From NCBI GenBank assembly GCA_030265395.1, contig JARFYF010000061.1, forward strand, positions 17,533,306 to 17,597,305: 64,000 nt of DNA, in the 5' to 3' direction. The translations under genes and the position numbers were made by a program. The notes beneath the pieces are model-generated. The model was not told the origin of the DNA, made no database searches, and saw only the letters and a program-made list of their open reading frames with translations. Position 1 is the first letter of the stretch, and each line of letters begins with the position of its first letter. Source of the DNA: Rhina ancylostomus. Taxonomy: Eukaryota. Of the stretch, positions 60,963 to 64,000 are shown piece by piece.

Positions 60963-62894
60963 GTAATATTACATAGCAGAGGAAGAGAGATTAATAAGTT
61001 GCTTCTACACCACAAACCACTGCCCACCACCCACATCCCACCCCAGCAGCTCTTCAACATGTAGGAATAGCAAGGTGCAGCATGAAATGTCAGCATTAGG
61101 CAATTGGATGCACTGCTTGGGAGACGAACAGTTTTGGTCATGTTGTTAGGGATGAGGTTNNNNNNNNNNNNNNNNNNNNNNNNNNNNNNNNNNNNNNNNN
61201 NNNNNNNNNNNNNNNNNNNNNNNNNNNNNNNNNNNNNNNNNNNNNNNNNNNNNNNNNNNNNNNNNNNNNNNNNNNNNNNNNNNNNNNNNNNNNNNNNNNN
61301 NNNNNNNNNNNNNNNNNNNNNNNNNNNNNNNNNNNNNNNNNNNNNNNNNNNNNNNNNNNNNNNNNNNNNNNNNNNNNNNNNNNNNNNNNNNNNNNNNNNN
61401 NNNNNNNNNNNNNNNNNNNNNNNNNNNNNNNNNNNNNNNNNNNNNNNNNNNNNNNNNNNNNNNNNNNNNNNNNNNNNNNNNNNNNNNNNNNNNNNNNNNN
61501 NNNNNNNNNNNNNNNNNNNNNNNNNNNNNNNNNNNNNNNNNNNNNNNNNNNNNNNNNNNNNNNNNNNNNNNNNNNNNNNNNNNNNNNNNNNNNNNNNNNN
61601 NNNNNNNNNNNNNNNNNNNNNNNNNNNNNNNNNNNNNNNNNNNNNNNNNNNNNNNNNNNNNNNNNNNNNNNNNNNNNNNNNNNNNNNNNNNNNNNNNNNN
61701 NNNNNNNNNNNNNNNNNNNNNTACCCCCTAGTTCTCTTCCTCACCCGTTGACCTATTTGCTGTAACACTGTTACACGGGAATTGCAAGATAGCTCCTAGA
61801 TCAGAATCAGCTGGAGACCTCGTCAAAAGTCACTGCAATCACTCAGCAGTGAGATCCTGTATGGATGCTGAGGAAGTGTGAATGACCTAGAGTGTAATAT
61901 TGAGGAAAAGATGCTATGTTCCACCAGACGTAAACAGGAAAATAAAGCCTTCTGCTGGGCTAGGTGAAACAATACTCACTGTGATCATGCACTAATGATC
62001 CACTTTGAGTTAATGACATAGACATGTCAATGTATTGATCATTGGGTTTTCCTGGACAACTAACCCACATCCTAGGAATTAGTACTTGCAATTGTGTATG
62101 AAGATTGAACTCCTTCAGCAGGACACAAAATATTTTAACAATGTCAATCCATTTCATTAAAGTGGCAGGTGATAAATGTCATAGGAGCCCATCAAAGCAA
62201 TATTGTCCAATGACCATTTTTTTATGGCAATGTGTTGTGCACTGGAGATTCCTTATTCTGGTTGCAGGATGGTGATGAGAAGACAGTAAGGAAAAGGATC
62301 CATGAGGGAAATGTAATACACTGTTGTATTTATGCTGGTTGTGGATCATTGGCAGGAGCCTGAAATCCCTATAATTTTCTTTCCCATAAGGTATCATTTG
62401 CAATTTATGCTTTAACTGTTCCAGATCTCAATCTGAGTAGCTTCTAGTATCCCTCATACATGGTACATCTCCACATCTCCAATATTTGTTAGTTGGTTTG
62501 ACTAAAGTACTGACCTAGCATTCTAACATATGGAGAAGGCTGTTCTGTTCATGTGTGCTAACTTTCTGAGAGACCTTTCCACTTAACTGTATTTCTCTGT
62601 CCTTTCCTATAGACTTTAAAGTTTAGAACATAGAGAAACATAAAACAACTATGGCACAATTCAGGCTCTTCGGCCCAGATAATTGTTAATATTTAATAAT
62701 TTATTTTCTGTTTTACCAGTAATCTATTTCTTGTGTTTTTATCCTCTTGAGGTGTTCCAAACCTCAGCACTCCTTTGCATTATCTAAAACTCTATATGAG
62801 AGTCCAAACTTAATAATGAATAAGGTCTCGAGCAATGTAAATAGCAATGTAATTACCTTATGTCATGAAGATGGTGAGATCAGATGTAGGAAGG

Positions 62895-64000
62895 GGAGCA
62901 GTCATGTTACTGATTTTAGCAATCCAGGGGCCTGGATTAAAAATCAGCTACTTGGGTAATTAACCTAGTTAAATCAATCTGGAATTTAAAAAATTGCTAT
63001 TGGTGGTAGGGATTATGTATTTCCCAGACTGACATAAAACCCCTTCTGGTTCATTAATGCTCTTCAGGGAATGACATTTGTCATCCATGTCTGGTTAAGC
63101 TTAGATGTGACGTAGATCCATAACAAAGTGGTTGTCTTTGAACTGCCCTCCGAATTGTTCTAATAAACTGTTCAGTTGCACTAAGCATGAATGAGAAAGG
63201 AAAATAAGAATAAAACTGGATCAACTCCTTGAACTGAGCTCGGCACCAGACTCCAAAACGACAAAGTGAAACCCAGCCTAATTAACCATGGAAAATCTTT
63301 TCATTAACATCTGGAAACATGCCAAGGCTGGGAGTATCGCAGAGTAATTTCCTTCAGTCAATATCCCAGACTCCTCCATCACCATCCCTGGGTATACCCT
63401 GTTTCACTGGCAAGGGATGCAGAAATTGGAGGAGTGTCCCTGGAAATCCTCAACATAACATGAAGTTTTGTGGCAACAAGTCAAACATGGGCAAGGAAAT
63501 CTCCTGTTGATTACTATCAGTACCTTCCCTCAGCTAATGAATTAGTACTACACTGTACTGATCACCCCTTGGAAGAAGCACTGAGGATAGCAAGGTCACA
63601 GAATAGAAAATGAATGGAGGCCTTTCATGCCCATCACCATGAGAACCACCACTTACTAAGCTGGCCAAATCTTAAAAGACAAGGCTGCTGTCTAGCCTAC
63701 TGACAGACAAGAAAAACAAAGGAAAAGGTCTGTTTGAAATCAGCTTAACCATTTTCACTATGTAGGCATCCTTCATCATTTTGAATACCATCATTACCAT
63801 ACCAACGGTGATAGGTTCATAACAGATTTAGCAGGTCAGAAGTTGGCTTTCAAGAGGTACCATGGGCCAGTGGGGAAAAGAATATTATAATTATATTCCA
63901 CCACAATATGTAATCTCATGGCCTGGCCAATTCCCTTACTCTGCCATTACCATCAAGAGGAATTAATCTCATTCAATGAGTTGTGTAGAAGACCATCCCA
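62895..64000 (+). mobile_element. 5' end of the Zenon-like LINE: SINE-type head followed directly by the APE endonuclease domain (continues beyond the window)
   Basis: 62895-63180 is colinear with the SINE at 59900. It is followed by IPDSSITIPGYTLFHWQ, HEVLWQQVKHGQGNLLLITI and PSANELVLH...LEEALRIARSQN..EAFHAHHHE (decayed GDFN.HH motif). Confidence 0.8.

Noticed and set aside
1-64000. tRNA, rRNA or miRNA genes, CRISPR arrays and prokaryotic operons
   Set aside because: tRNA-like A/B boxes occur only as SINE heads. I saw no regularly spaced repeat-spacer array, no long ORFs and no mature miRNA I recognise.

Overview
This is eukaryotic, AT-rich, CpG-depleted non-coding DNA from a draft scaffold with nine N gaps: 4385-4484, 13866-13965, 17921-18209, 21145-21244, 43645-43744, 48131-48166, 49837-49918, 55133-55326 and 61160-61721. 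The repeat complement is CR1 and L2 LINE fragments, V-SINE/HE1-type SINEs, Deu-domain SINEs, Penelope-like elements and a CR1-Zenon-like LINE with a partner SINE. That mix points to a cartilaginous fish, most likely a batoid (ray/sawfish); this is an inference from recalled repeat families, not a database result. I find no confident protein-coding exon, RNA gene, CRISPR array or prokaryotic feature, so the window looks like a large intron or gene desert. Recognisable ORFs in the track are retroelement remnants; the rest are chance ORFs or N-spanning artefacts. Between the repeats lie several unique blocks that retain CpGs and carry TF motifs, and these look like conserved enhancers. The most notable observations are: (1) a single-ORF LINE whose 5' end is the same tRNA-like head used by a SINE that also shares its 3' tail; (2) three pairs of closely spaced inverted TE copies that share private sequence changes, suggesting local gene conversion or a maintained dsRNA; (3) decayed minimal hammerhead ribozyme motifs in Penelope terminal repeats. 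I cannot support a claim of a wholly new biological system. Repeat boundaries were set by eye and are approximate (about +/-30 bp).
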